The notes beneath the pieces were generated by a model, which was given only the letters and a program-made list of their open reading frames with translations, made no database searches and had not been told where the DNA came from. The position numbers and the translations under genes were made by a program. This document shows, piece after piece, positions 36,822 through 48,390 of a stretch of DNA of 64,000 nt (positions are counted from its first letter, which is position 1; each line of letters opens with the position of its first letter). The stretch lies in assembly GCA_030704615.1 (NCBI GenBank), contig CM060732.1, positions 3,596,001-3,660,000 of the forward strand, given 5' to 3'. This DNA comes from Takakia lepidozioides. Its lineage: Eukaryota > Plantae > Bryophyta.

Positions 36822-37828
36822 AGAATGTGCCACTGATGGGTGATTCTTGGGCCAGGGTGATGGCCAGTGTGCATCAAGTCCGGTCGTGGCTTGGATCAGC
36901 AGTGTTGCTAGATGCAGCTACAGTGGGGTCACAGACTCATCGTCCACGGATATGGTGGACTAACTTGATGCCACCCGCACTGCTCAAGCGTGCATTTGAT
37001 GGGGTGCAGCGCCCAGCACACCTCACAGTGGATAGCATTTTGAACACAGGGAGGTAGTCTCAGCGTGTGAGACACGATGACCGTTCGCCTTTGGCAGTGG
37101 TCAACAAGGTGGGTCAACCACGAGCAGCATTACCTACACTGCTCAGTTTCCCAGGATCGCATGCTTTCCGGGATAGTGGACCTGGCCTCCTGTGGGATGT
37201 TCAGTTGCAACAGTTAGTGGAGCCTAATGCTGATGAGCGTGAGTGGGCAATGGGTTTTATCACTGGTACCACGGCGGTGCCATCTTTTTTTGAGGCATCA
37301 CGTCGTCAGGTGTTGGGGCAAGCAATGGATCTCAATTGCTTGACCTGGATTATCAGCTTGGTTATGGCTGAGCAGAGTGCGGAGTACACTTCCCTCGATG
37401 GTCTCTTGCCTACCGAGACGGTACAGGCAGTGAGTGGGGGCGAGCATGAGATGACCATGGGGTGCAGACATCCATGGCACACGTGGGAGATGCTCGAGGT
37501 TCAGAGGGAGTTGGCAGTCAGGGCGGCGGTGATGGATGAGGTTGGGGATTTTTCTCGGGTTGAGGAAGTCCTCGAGGATGAGATGATGGGGCAGGATGAG
37601 GCCTTGTCACTGACTGAGCAGGTAAGGAGTACTGCTCAAGAGGTTGCAACATAGCAACCATTGGACGCGTCCTCTACCTCTAAGCCCACTGGACTTAAGG
37701 TTGCAGTTACGGAGGACAATTGGGAGCCTGACATTAGACCCATTGTCACCGGAGGAGAGAGATGACGTATACGGCGGTTCCTGATGACTTACAGGAATTG
37801 CTTTGCCTTCAGTTTGAAGGACTTGGGA
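36822..37828 (+). mobile_element. Ty3/Gypsy C5-methyltransferase C-terminal half (motifs VI-X) and linker, inverted segment
   Basis: QNVP (ENV-like VI), LLDAATVGSQTHRPRIWWTN (VIII), EPNADEREWAMGF (IX), RRQVLGQAMD (X), then YRNCFAFSLKDLG. Confidence 0.85.
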
Positions 37829-39220
37829 GCAATCCCGGCACCATCTCCTCGTCCGTCTCACCATGTCACCGAGCTCCAGTGTCATCCTGCTGGCTCGTGC
37901 ATGGATTGCGACTCAATCCATCCGCATCCCGATTGACCAAACCCGGTCGATGCACAACGTGAAAGTCATACTCCTAGAGTATGAGTGCCCACCGTGCAAG
38001 CTTCCCCGTAAGCTTGTCTGACTCCATCAACCACTTGAGTGGCTGGTGATCCGTGACAAGGGTGAAGAGATTGCCGTATAGATAGCACCTGAAGTGTGCC
38101 ACGGCCTACACTGCAGCTAGACACTCTCCCTCATATGAGCTATACTTAGGCTTTGCAGCGTTGTTCGAGCGGCTAGCATAAGCCACTACGAACTCTCTTC
38201 CCTCATCATCCACCTGTGTGAGCACCGCTCCAAGCCCCAACATGCTCCAATCCGTATGCAGCTGAAAGGGACGCCTCCTGATAGGTCGTCTCAGGATAGG
38301 CGCCGAAGTCAACCTCGCCTTGAGCTCTTGAAAAGCTCGTTCCTGCTCATCTTCCCACTGCCACTCCTAGTCCACCTTGGTCAGCTTGGTTATAGCCTTT
38401 GCAATGGCACTAAATCCCTTGACAAACCGTCTATAATAGTTTGCCAACCCCATGAAAGATCGAACTCGACTCATATCCGTGGGGCATGGAATTTGTGCAA
38501 TGGCCTCTACCTTAGTCTGCTGTACCCCCAATCCTCCAGGATATATCATGTGACCCAAATACTCAATCTAGTTGTGGAAAAACTTACACTTCCCCGGATG
38601 CAACTTCAATCCGTGCGCTCTCAAGCGCTCCAATACCACCTGAAGGTGTCTCTCATGCTCCTCCACCATAGCACTAAAGATGATGATGTTATCTATGTAG
38701 CACCGAGCAAAGTCCACCCCTGCTAGAATCCTATCCATGACTCTTTGAAACTCTGCAGGAGCGTTTCTAAGCCCAAATGGTAAGAACCACCACTGTTATA
38801 GGCAATCCTTGCCGTGCTCATTGATCCCCCAGAATGCCGTCTTCTGCTTGTCCGCCTCCTTGATCGGCAACTGGTGATATCTGGATCGTAAATCTAAAGT
38901 GCTAAAGACCTTAACATGCCCGATGACATCAAAGATCTCCTCTGGTGTTGGCATGGAATACTTATCGGACTTGGTCTAACGATTTACAGGCCGGTAATCA
39001 CCGCACATACGTCTCTCCGTCCAATTGTCATAGACATCTTTCTTGGCTAGCATCACTGTGGCTGAAGCATACTCTCCACCAGAGAGCTCTACCAAACCTG
39101 TCTCCCAGAGATCTTGAGTCCTCATCTGAATCAAAGACCTCTCCATGTCACTGTATATATAGGGTCTCTGAAAGATTGACGTGTCACTGGCCAACTCAAT
39201 ACGGATCTCTTGACCCTTCA
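37829..39220 (-). mobile_element. Ty3/Gypsy reverse transcriptase and RNase H (degenerate)
   Basis: RMCGDYRPVN, LDLRSRYHQ, LPFGLRNAPAEFQRVMD, YIDN (YIDD variant), SFMGLANYYRRFV, LHTDWSMLGLGAVL, AYASRS. Confidence 0.93.
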
Positions 39221-39401
39221 GTGTGGGAGGATGGTCGGGTGAGGATTGTGCCTCACCCAACAGAACGTGCACGGTTAGTGTGGCATGCCCATGAGGAGTT
39301 GGGGCATTTTGGAGTGCGACGCACTCACAGTTTACTGCAGGGGCAGTATTGGTGGCGTGGTATCATACAGAGGTGCAACAGTTCGTGGCTAAGTGCATGG
39401 T
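39221..39401 (+). mobile_element. Ty3/Gypsy integrase Zn-binding region, interrupted by a CACTA end
   Basis: HAHEELGHFGVRRTHSLLQGQYWWRG...VAKC, immediately followed by CACTACAG. Confidence 0.85.
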
Positions 39402-39658
39402 CACTACAGCAAATGGGGGGGGGTTTGCGACGCCAGCCGCGCCCCCACGTCCCGTGCGACGCCAATCCGCGGAGCGTGCTTGCGACACCGGGCCGTCGCA
39501 GCCAAACCCCGCGGGGGTGAAACGTGGCGCGGGGGCCAGGCGGCGACGCCTGGCCGTCGCACGGAGTGATGAAGGGAAAATGGCAGCCCTTCCGTGCGAC
39601 GCCCACGCGTCGCCCCCAGCGAAGGGCAGAAGGCAGCCCTGTCGTCGCACGCCGGAGG

Positions 39659-39711
<53 letters not shown>

Positions 39712-41470
39712 ATTTCTTGTCTTCTCTTTCATTGCAGCCCTTTCTTGCGACGCCCGGCCGTCGCATGGTGGCATGAAGGGCAAAAAGCCCCTGCGACGGC
39801 CGGGCGTCGCAAACTGCCCGACTGCCCTAAATTACAAAACAAAAAAACATGTCACAGTTTGCGATGGCTGGCCGTCACCGTTTGCGACCCTCGGCCTCAT
39901 AAATCCATTCAAAAAACTAGTCGCAGTTGGCGACGGTTGGCCGTCGCCGTTTGCGACCCCCGGCCTCATAAATTCAAGAAAACGCATCGTAGTTTGCGAC
40001 GCGTGGGGGTCGCAGGCGGCGACGGCAGGGCTTTCTAGGTTTAGGGTTAGGGCCTTTGGGGGTTCTTAGTTTTTTTTTTTTTTCATATGGTACTGGGGTA
40101 GGGTGTTTGTTTTTCTTTATGGTTTAGCTTGTTGTTGTGGATCTTCTTGTAGATTGTGACATTCATTTTGATAATTCTCTTGATACCACATCTGTATGTG
40201 TTGCTCCAACATATTCATTGCCTCTGTCTTCTTTCTTGAAAGACTACCAGCCACAGCCATATTTGATGAATCATAGAAATAAAGTACAATATGCATGTAC
40301 ATGTACAATCAATCGAAGGGATGGGTCCAGTTCGGTGCGAGAATTGTTATGTAACTTTGATTTTGTGTCTAATCAACTTGAACATCATCCTCCGGAGCCT
40401 CTTCATCCTCATCAAGTTGCAAGTCTTCTTCGTCATCGGAGTCATCGTCATAAATGGTCCGGCTCTTAAAAGGCACCTCCGAATCATCCTCCACCTCGTT
40501 GTCAGTGGCCGTGTCTTCGTCTCCTTCTCCAACATCCGTATCTTCTAGAGCTTCATCATATAGGGTCTAGGATGCATTGTCCGGGGCGTCATCATCCTCT
40601 TCTACCCCCTCTACCCAACCTCCATCATCAGCATCATTATGACCAGTCTCTCCGTCCACCACAATTGCCTCACCCCATGGAGATCCGAGACCATGATAGA
40701 TACGTCTTCCTCTTGGCTGAGCATGCACAACCACCTTCTAATTCCTCCCTCTTGTTTTGTCATCGGAGAAGAAAACTTGCTTCATGTCTGAAGGTCCTGA
40801 AAAAGGCTCATCGGAGGGACGATGAGTAGGGTTGAGCCTATCTGCATTGACGCGCATGAAACCACAATCATCTTGCACTAGTGTTGCGGAGGGCCCCACA
40901 AGATGTGGCTGGAACCACCTTCCCTTGAAGAGAATAGGCCGGTACCTTGTATACTGAAGTTGAAGTATGCTCTTAAGCTCTCCAATGTACTCGAGTTTGC
41001 TCATAGCAGGTTGTGTATCTCCCTTGCCCCACTCGGAGTCTTGCCAATATGTGGCACACAAGCCAGAATCAAAGGTTGTTTTGCGCTTCATGTCAAGAGC
41101 ACGAATGCGGAAATGGCGACCGTGAACCCAAACCGCCGTGTATGAGGTCGCGAATTGAGAGGGGCCCCTTGCAATGTCTTGCACCAAATCTGAAACCACC
41201 TCTCCTTGAGCAACGACGTCATAAACTGAAGTCCGAAGCCAATGTTGGAATGAACTTAGAGGCTGCAATTCCATGGGCAAATTTTGTGAATGAACATTCC
41301 GGCGGGCCGCTCTTCATCGTGGGCGTCTAATAACCGACCTTGGATGGTTCCGCCTCCATGCAAGCGTCTCCTTCTCTCGTTGTTGAACAAGATTATTGTA
41401 TCTTGCCTCCCACTCATGTATGGATGGGGTGTTCTTCAGTATGAAGTCGTGCGCTTGCTCGATCACCAAA
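39402..41470 (-). mobile_element. CACTA copy B Tnp2-side arm with TIR (inverted): Tnp2 3' part, subterminal repeats, CACTACAGCAAAT end
   Basis: 40130-41470 is the reverse complement homolog of about 8650-9975. TGCGACG/CGTCGCA repeats 39425-40025; poly-A about 39659-39709; CACTA at 39402. Confidence 0.9.
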
Positions 41471-44400
41471 GCTACAAGTGGCGCAAAACCTGCACCATCT
41501 CCCAAAACAGACCCGACCTCGAGTCTCGCAATCCATTGCCATGCCCGGTTGATGAATGCCTTTGGCAGGGCCAACCTACCACTACTAGATCAATGGAGCC
41601 AACCCGCTCCAAATCCTGCGCCCCCAGCAACGAAATGTCTGCTGGCAAAGCCTGCTGATATCCACGAACTATAGACACCGACAACAACTCAGGGTACTGC
41701 TGCACCAACTGAGCAACATGGCGAAGTGAAACGTGTCATGCAGTCTTATCCCTCTCCACATACAGGTAACGTCAAACTCGTACACCTGCATGTAACACAG
41801 CAGCCAATCCGGTGCTGATCCCGCCAAACAAGTCCAGAAGACAAATGTCTTCATCCAGATACTGCCACACAATAGGTGTGATGTCCTTTGGAGACAATTG
41901 AGGTGGTCCTGGTGCAATCACCGCACTCTCCTCCTCTCCTGATGGTACAAAAGCCTCTATCCAGGCTTGTTACACCCGTCGATCAGCAACCTGCTGCAAA
42001 TCCTTGCTCGTGCCCCACAATGGAGTCTGAGCAATCATGGCAGGCAGCTCCGCCATACCATGCATGTCATCCTGCTCTCCCGGAGGTGACACATCCTCTC
42101 AAGTAACTCTCCAGGCCAACTCACTGCAGATGTGAATGCTGCTAATGTCGGCATCTTGCCTCGCTAGGCAACCGCGACTCCTCCTATGAATGTCACAGGG
42201 AGCTGCACACGCCGACCCTCCCCTGACTGCCATCCAGGCCTATAGGAAGCTGACTCCTCACAAAAATCTAGGGTGAAGCCCATGGGGTACAACACTGCCC
42301 CACCAATCAGGACATCGTACGAGACCACATGTATCACAATGACATTGGCTCGCATCACTGAGCCATTTGTAGGATGATCCGGCCGTAGTCTGATAGCCAA
42401 CTCACGCCGTGTCATGCCCCGAGCCTGCTCCGATCCTCCCAGAGACGTCTGTATCTGGAAAGGACAAGGCTCCATATCCACCTCCGTGAGGCCCAAGCCT
42501 GCAATAGCAGCTTTGCCCAGCATCAATGACTGAGCTCCCGAGTCCAACAAGACCCGCAGTGGCCGGTACCTCTTGCCTGCCGGTCCACTCAAACAGAAAA
42601 TGTCATCTTGGTTGTCTAACATGACAATTCCAGGTGTCACCATGGCGCGCTCAATGGCTGGCCTAGCTGGCAGTTCTATCAACCTGGCAGCTGCAGCTTG
42701 TCATGGCGCAGCCGTGGCAGTCTTGACCCTCAAATCCGAGGATCCCTCCGACACTACACCTCCCACTATCTCCGCAGAAGATGAAGTAACCTCCACACTC
42801 TCACAGAGTGTAGCTGCCAGCCTGAACACCTCAGCTGGTCTTACCCCTAGCGTCGCAATCATGGTAGCCGAGAACAATGGAGCCTCGCACACAGATGTGG
42901 CCGCTCCCAGCAGCACACTAGCTGCCGTAGCCTTGGCAACACTAGGTAGCGGTGCTACCCGTGTAACTCTCCCCAATAACATAGTAACCTCCGCCTCGGT
43001 AACAGTCGGGCGAGAACTAAGTGTCATGGATGGCGTTGACATTGTCTCCGCCAATGTGAATGACTGAGGAAGCCTAGCTTGACGGCTTGCCTCCCCACGC
43101 TGTGGATCCAACTCCACCTCTGCACCTCGTGGCTCATGAACTCGAGCTGCTCCTCGAGTCACGGCTGCAGCAGACTCCACCTGCACTAATGGTAGTGCTG
43201 CTCCGCACATGAATCCCATGCCTCCCATATCTCCTCCCTCAGGAACAGGAGGTGGACCATCCGGCCTTGGAGCCGGTACCACTTGAGCTGTAGCCATAGC
43301 AGCGAGCCTCTGCTCTAGCTGCTGAAGCCGGTTGGCCATGCCTTGGTCACCACCCTGACCTCCGCATCCTTGGCCATGTTGAGCTTGTCCTTGGCCTGCA
43401 CCTCGTGCCTGGCCACCTCATTCTCTCTGGGCTGCTCCACCTTGCCCCCGGCCACCATTGTTCCCTTGGAACTGGCCTGGGCGCAATTCATGATGCAAAC
43501 CATAGCACTGGGCTTCTCCATGCCCGTACTTGCCATAATGTCCACACTGCAACTGTGCAGGATGTGCCGGTGCCAAACCATTGCCTCCCTCTGGGCAATC
43601 CTTCTTGACATGGGGTCCTCCATATGTCCAGCACACCACATCCGCATGTTGTTGGCCAGCAAATGAAGGGAGAGACCCCTACATCTGAGGTCCTCTCAGC
43701 CCTTCCCTCGGCTTCACCTGACTCCCATTGTTGCATTGAGCACGTTGAGGTAGTGTCTGGCTAGAAGCACCACTACCCTGTGGTGCCTCTTTAGCAAATC
43801 CCACCATGACCACTCGTTCCTCCACCATGTTGAGCTCTATCCGCTATGCCAGCAAAAACACATTTGCTAAGGTGGGTTGGGCCACTTGTAGGAGAGTTGC
43901 ATCCCGCACCCTTCTCCTCAGCTCCCATACCAGAATTGGACTGCCCGAGCCTCCGTAACCCCTTGGGTTACATTAATCAAGCGCCTCATGCGAGTGAAAG
44001 CCTCCCTCAAACTCTCAGTAGGCTTCCATTGGAACTCTTGCAAGCTCCTCAACTTCTCTGTCATTACCCCTTGGTAGTTCCTTCTCAACTCTTCGAAGAA
44101 CTCCACAACAGGGTTAAAGGCAGGCACCGCCCCTGGTGCTGGTGCAACAATAGTTTGGGTGGACGTCGTAGCTACGGTACTACCAATCGCACTAGTCTCA
44201 CTGCTGCTTGCTGAAGCTGCCGGTGCAGCGGCAGGTGTAGCCACTGCCCTCGTGGCTCTAGTGCCCCTAGTGATGGAGACATAGTCGGGTGACCAGTACA
44301 TCCTCCACTCCTCGATCTCAACCTCATGCCCCCGCCTGAACTCATGGTAATCATCAATAGGTGGCCCCTCAAGGTGCTGAAACAGCCCATTTCATGCCAT

Positions 44401-44740
44401 GAAAGGCGTAAATAGTTGTGGATTGCGCATTTGTTGCAAATCACACCAACTATCAAACTCTTGGATAAAATCATCCAACTCGATGGTGCCCACCGCCCCA
44501 GAGTACTTTCGTGGCCCCTTGGTATAAGCTCCATACATCTCCTCCATTGTGTCCCACAACAATGGCAAGGAAACAACTTGCACCGCCGGTGTGAGTCCTC
44601 CTGATTCACAATCCGAATCAGAACCTTCCGTAGAAGACACAGGAGGTGAAGGTGGCCTAAACCGCACACCTCGTCTCGTGTACCCACTAGTATCGCTAGT
44701 GCTCGAACCGGCACTGTCCCCAGCAACTAGTGGCACCTCC
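41471..44740 (-). mobile_element. Ty3/Gypsy gag, protease and C5-methyltransferase N-terminal half (motifs I-V)
   Basis: Gag PRKYSG..LDDFIQEFDSW and CCHC-like knuckles; protease VLLDSGAQ; DNMT LDLFGGISTG (I), YVERD (II), DLVVVGWPCQ (IV), GLRDSRSGLFWE (V). Confidence 0.9.
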
Positions 44741-45429
44741 TTGTTGACAAACTGTCACTCAACCGGTCACGAACATGTCCCTAACCCCCTCTCCACAAGG
44801 TAACCGGGTAGAAAACCTGTTGCGGCTTATGGTTTGGAATACTAGGTTCCTAACATAGTCTACACCTGCACCTGCATCCACTGCAAGCACTCCTATGGTT
44901 GGCTGGTCATCACCTCCAACCTCACCACAGGAGAAACAATGATGGCCTGACTGGTCATCACCCCAGCCTCACCATCGACAGCATGCTCTAGGACTGGCCG
45001 GTGATCAAATCCGGACCAATCACCTATAAAAACAAGCGCCTACACAAAACTAACATGGCGCACAGTCAAGCATGCAAGTATGGAGGGGATCCAAACACAA
45101 GAAATCAGAACGATAACTCCCCCACACCAAAAACAACTCCACGGTGTTGCTCCTGCAAGGACACCCCAGCCCAAACTCGGACTGACTCTTGCCTCCACCT
45201 ACGGAAAGGTCTTGGCCTAATGAGAGGGTGGAAAACTACGAGGAAGAGAAGCTAAAGCAATGCATAATCCGAGCATGCCCTCATCCCAACACTCCCATCT
45301 CCTCTCTTCCCTCACTTGTATGACCATGGGAATATTATGAAGATACTCCTCAAACCGCATTCCACGAGCGTCAAAATTTGGCCTTCAAGATTACATGTCA
45401 GTCCTTAGGCAGTCCACTAGTGCCTCCAC

Positions 45430-45860
45430 GAGTCAGCACAGGCCGTCCACAGGTCAACACGGGCCACCACAGACCAGCACAGGCCCACACAGATCACTGA
45501 TCACAGCCATCACAGCCCCACACAGGCCACAGCCCCACAGCCCATCACAGCCCCAAAGGCCACATGTCACAGCCTGCCACAGCCCTACACAGGTCACATG
45601 ATCACAGCCCTACAGGCCATAGCCTGTCACAGCCCCAAAGGCCACAGGGCACAGCCTGTCACATCCTATCACAGCCCTATACAGGTCACAGCCCATCACA
45701 ACCCCAAAGGCCACATGGCACAGCCTGTCACAGTCCGTCACAGCCCCACAGGCCACAGGGTCTCAGCCTATCACAGCCCGTCACAGCCCCACAGGGCACA
45801 GCTTGTCACAGCCCATCACAGCCTGTCACAGGCCGTCACAGCCCCATCCATGGCCACTCA
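45430..45860. repeat. CACAGCCC/CACAGGCC low-complexity repeat, probably LTR or leader sequence
   Basis: Same type of motif as in the probable LTR at 24985-25170. Confidence 0.6.
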
Positions 45861-47749
45861 TGACAGTTTAGCCATTTCTCCAAGGGGTTTAGCCACGCCA
45901 AGCTAGGGTTTGTGTCTCTTGGGCTCTAGGCTTCTTTGCACCGAGCTATGGCGGCTGTGAGGAAATCAGCAAGGTATTCTTGCTCTTTGTGGCCCCCACA
46001 CACCACCAATAGTAGCTCTAATTCCAAAGGAAGATGTTTGCAACCGAAACTAAATGCACAAGCTTCCTTTTAATTCACAAAACAGCGTCATTGATCCCTA
46101 TGGCGACTAACCAAACATGGCTGACTTCCAGCCCTTGTAGGCACTCATTCACATGCTTTTCTTGACATAGCATGCCCTTCGCACCTAATCCAGCCCCTGC
46201 ACCTGCTGCTTCAAGAGTTGTGCTCCCTGTAAGCTTGAAGTTGAAACCCCAACTCACATAGACCCTACACGTGCTTTTATTTCACCCCAAGTGGAAACCA
46301 GCCCTAGCCCTTCCGTTCTAGCTCTCTAAAGCTTGAAAACAAGAGACTCAATGGGCTGAAGGCATGCTCCACACATACCCCACTCTCACCATAAGAGAAT
46401 CAGCTCCTTTGCTTCATTTCTTACACCCACAAACCTAAAAATACAAGCTTCAGCGGGCTAAAAGCATGCTCCATACATGCCCTACAGGGAAACCAGCCCC
46501 TTCCTTCCTTTCTTGCACTCCCAAACCTGAAAGTACAAGCCTTCAACAGGCTGAAAGCATGCTCCACACATGCATTGCCCTCACATAAGGGAAGTCAGCC
46601 CTTCCCTCTTCATTGCTTGCCCTCCAAGCTTGAACATGGAAGCTTCAATGAGCTGAATACATGCTCCACACATGCAACCTCTTCACACAAGAGGTATCAC
46701 CCCCCTATCTTGGCTCCTTGGCTCCTTGATGGCTCATTGGCCCCTATCTTGGCTCTAAGACAAGACTAAACACTCCACAGCCTTTGCCAAGCTCCTGAAA
46801 CCCTAAGGCTTACAATTCCAACCACAAGACACTCCTCTTGTGGTGCAAGAGCTCTTCTTCCAAGCTCTGAAACCCTAGGTGCACATTCCATGGCCTTTCC
46901 GCACCTCTTAGCTCCTATTCCAGCCCTGCTCTTGCCATGACAAGAGCCCTATCAATGCTGAAGCTCGAGATTGAAACCCAATCTCAACATACTCCACAAA
47001 GTGCACTGATTTGCCCCAAGCCAAATCAGCCCTTTTGCTTGGTCTTGCAATCCTTCACACTATGAAAGCTCGCATTCCCAAGTCCAGCTCTCAGTTTTGC
47101 CACCAAAGCCACTCTAACCTGCTCTTGACTAGTCATCTTTCCAATCGTGCTTGCTCATGCATGTACACAATCTGAAACCATCAAGGTGCTCTGGAATTAT
47201 CTGCAGCATGGTGCTTTCATCTCTGAAGCTGAAGATCGAATGCCAAGGTCTACTACCTCGTAACCCACATCGCCTCCGCTTCTAACAACCAAGAGCTCCA
47301 CGGTGCTCCTTGAATAATAACCTGGTTTCTCTCATTCTCAAGCAAAAACCACAAGTGCTACAACTAACTCGTATCTGGCACTCACAGATACGAGCTCATC
47401 TTTATCGAGTGATAAAGATGAAGAATACAAGCACGAGCTCACAAAGCTGAAGCATAAACTCATGCATATATAACCTCATCACTCAAATACAAGTCAAGCC
47501 AAGTGCACCCCACGCCATAGGGAATCCATACTATGGCGTCATAGCTAGGCGTGGTGAGGCTCTACTCGATAAAGATGAGCCTCCCACACTTGCCGTGAAG
47601 ATAACCACTCCAGGGCCTAAATCTACCCTTGGATTGACACTTGGGCCAATCCCAAATGTCAATATGTAAAAGCTAGCTATTTCCTAGCTAGTTTCACACT
47701 AGTGATGAAATAACTTGACAACATAGTCTATCTAGCTCCCGCATACCAA

Positions 47750-48390
47750 CACCTAAGCGATCATTTCTTCCTTTTTCTCCGCAGCTCTTCCACCAATATA
47801 CGCCCACCCACACAGCGAATAGCCACTTTCGGACTCATTGCTTGCCAAAACTTAACGCTAGTCACTGTCACTCGTTTAAACTTCACCCATACCCCAAACA
47901 ACACATTCTCTTTTCACTAATTATCACCATCTCCCCAATCCCATCAATATGTAACGACTACCTGGCAATCCATCCAGACACACAAATACGCTCACTTCTA
48001 CAAAAATTACGTAACCTACCCACACACCCCCACAACTACCCTCGGTTCACAACTCCAATTAGAAGCCCTCAACGAACCCGGCCACCTAGGGCTGATTTTC
48101 CGTGGGCTCCTTAAACACTTGGCCTCTAAATATAATGGACTGTACTCATTCCCCTCTCTCCATCCCCAATCTTGTCTCCACTCCCCCACCGCTCGCACAC
48201 TTTTCATCCTATGCCAAATGAAAATTTGCATACAAACTGACCTCCCGAGTTACCCCAATTCTATATCGCCACTGGAACATGCTTGGCTCAATAGCCCATT
48301 TCTCCCACAATTTGAGAACTCGCACTCCCGTCAAAGAAAACCCATCCTTGCCTACTTCAAAGCACGCCATATAACTCATCTCGCCCAACG
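47750..48390 (+). mobile_element. LINE fragments of the same family
   Basis: HILFSLIITISPIPSICNDY matches QHLLFSLIITISPLPTICNDY at about 55715-55780. Confidence 0.75.

Noticed and set aside
36176-37057. Natural transposase-DNMT fusion protein
   Set aside because: Explained by the inversion breakpoint at 36821; both partners continue at about 41470.
21288-39414. Pairing the two CACTA TIRs as one insertion
   Set aside because: Flanking trinucleotides (CTC; GGT) do not form a TSD and the host sequences differ (LINE vs Gypsy).
39325-40069. Poly-Lys and poly-Phe ORFs
   Set aside because: They arise from a poly-A tract in GC-rich subterminal DNA.
45396-47721. Solo LTR bounded by TGTCA...TGACA
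   Set aside because: No target-site duplication and no second copy in the window.
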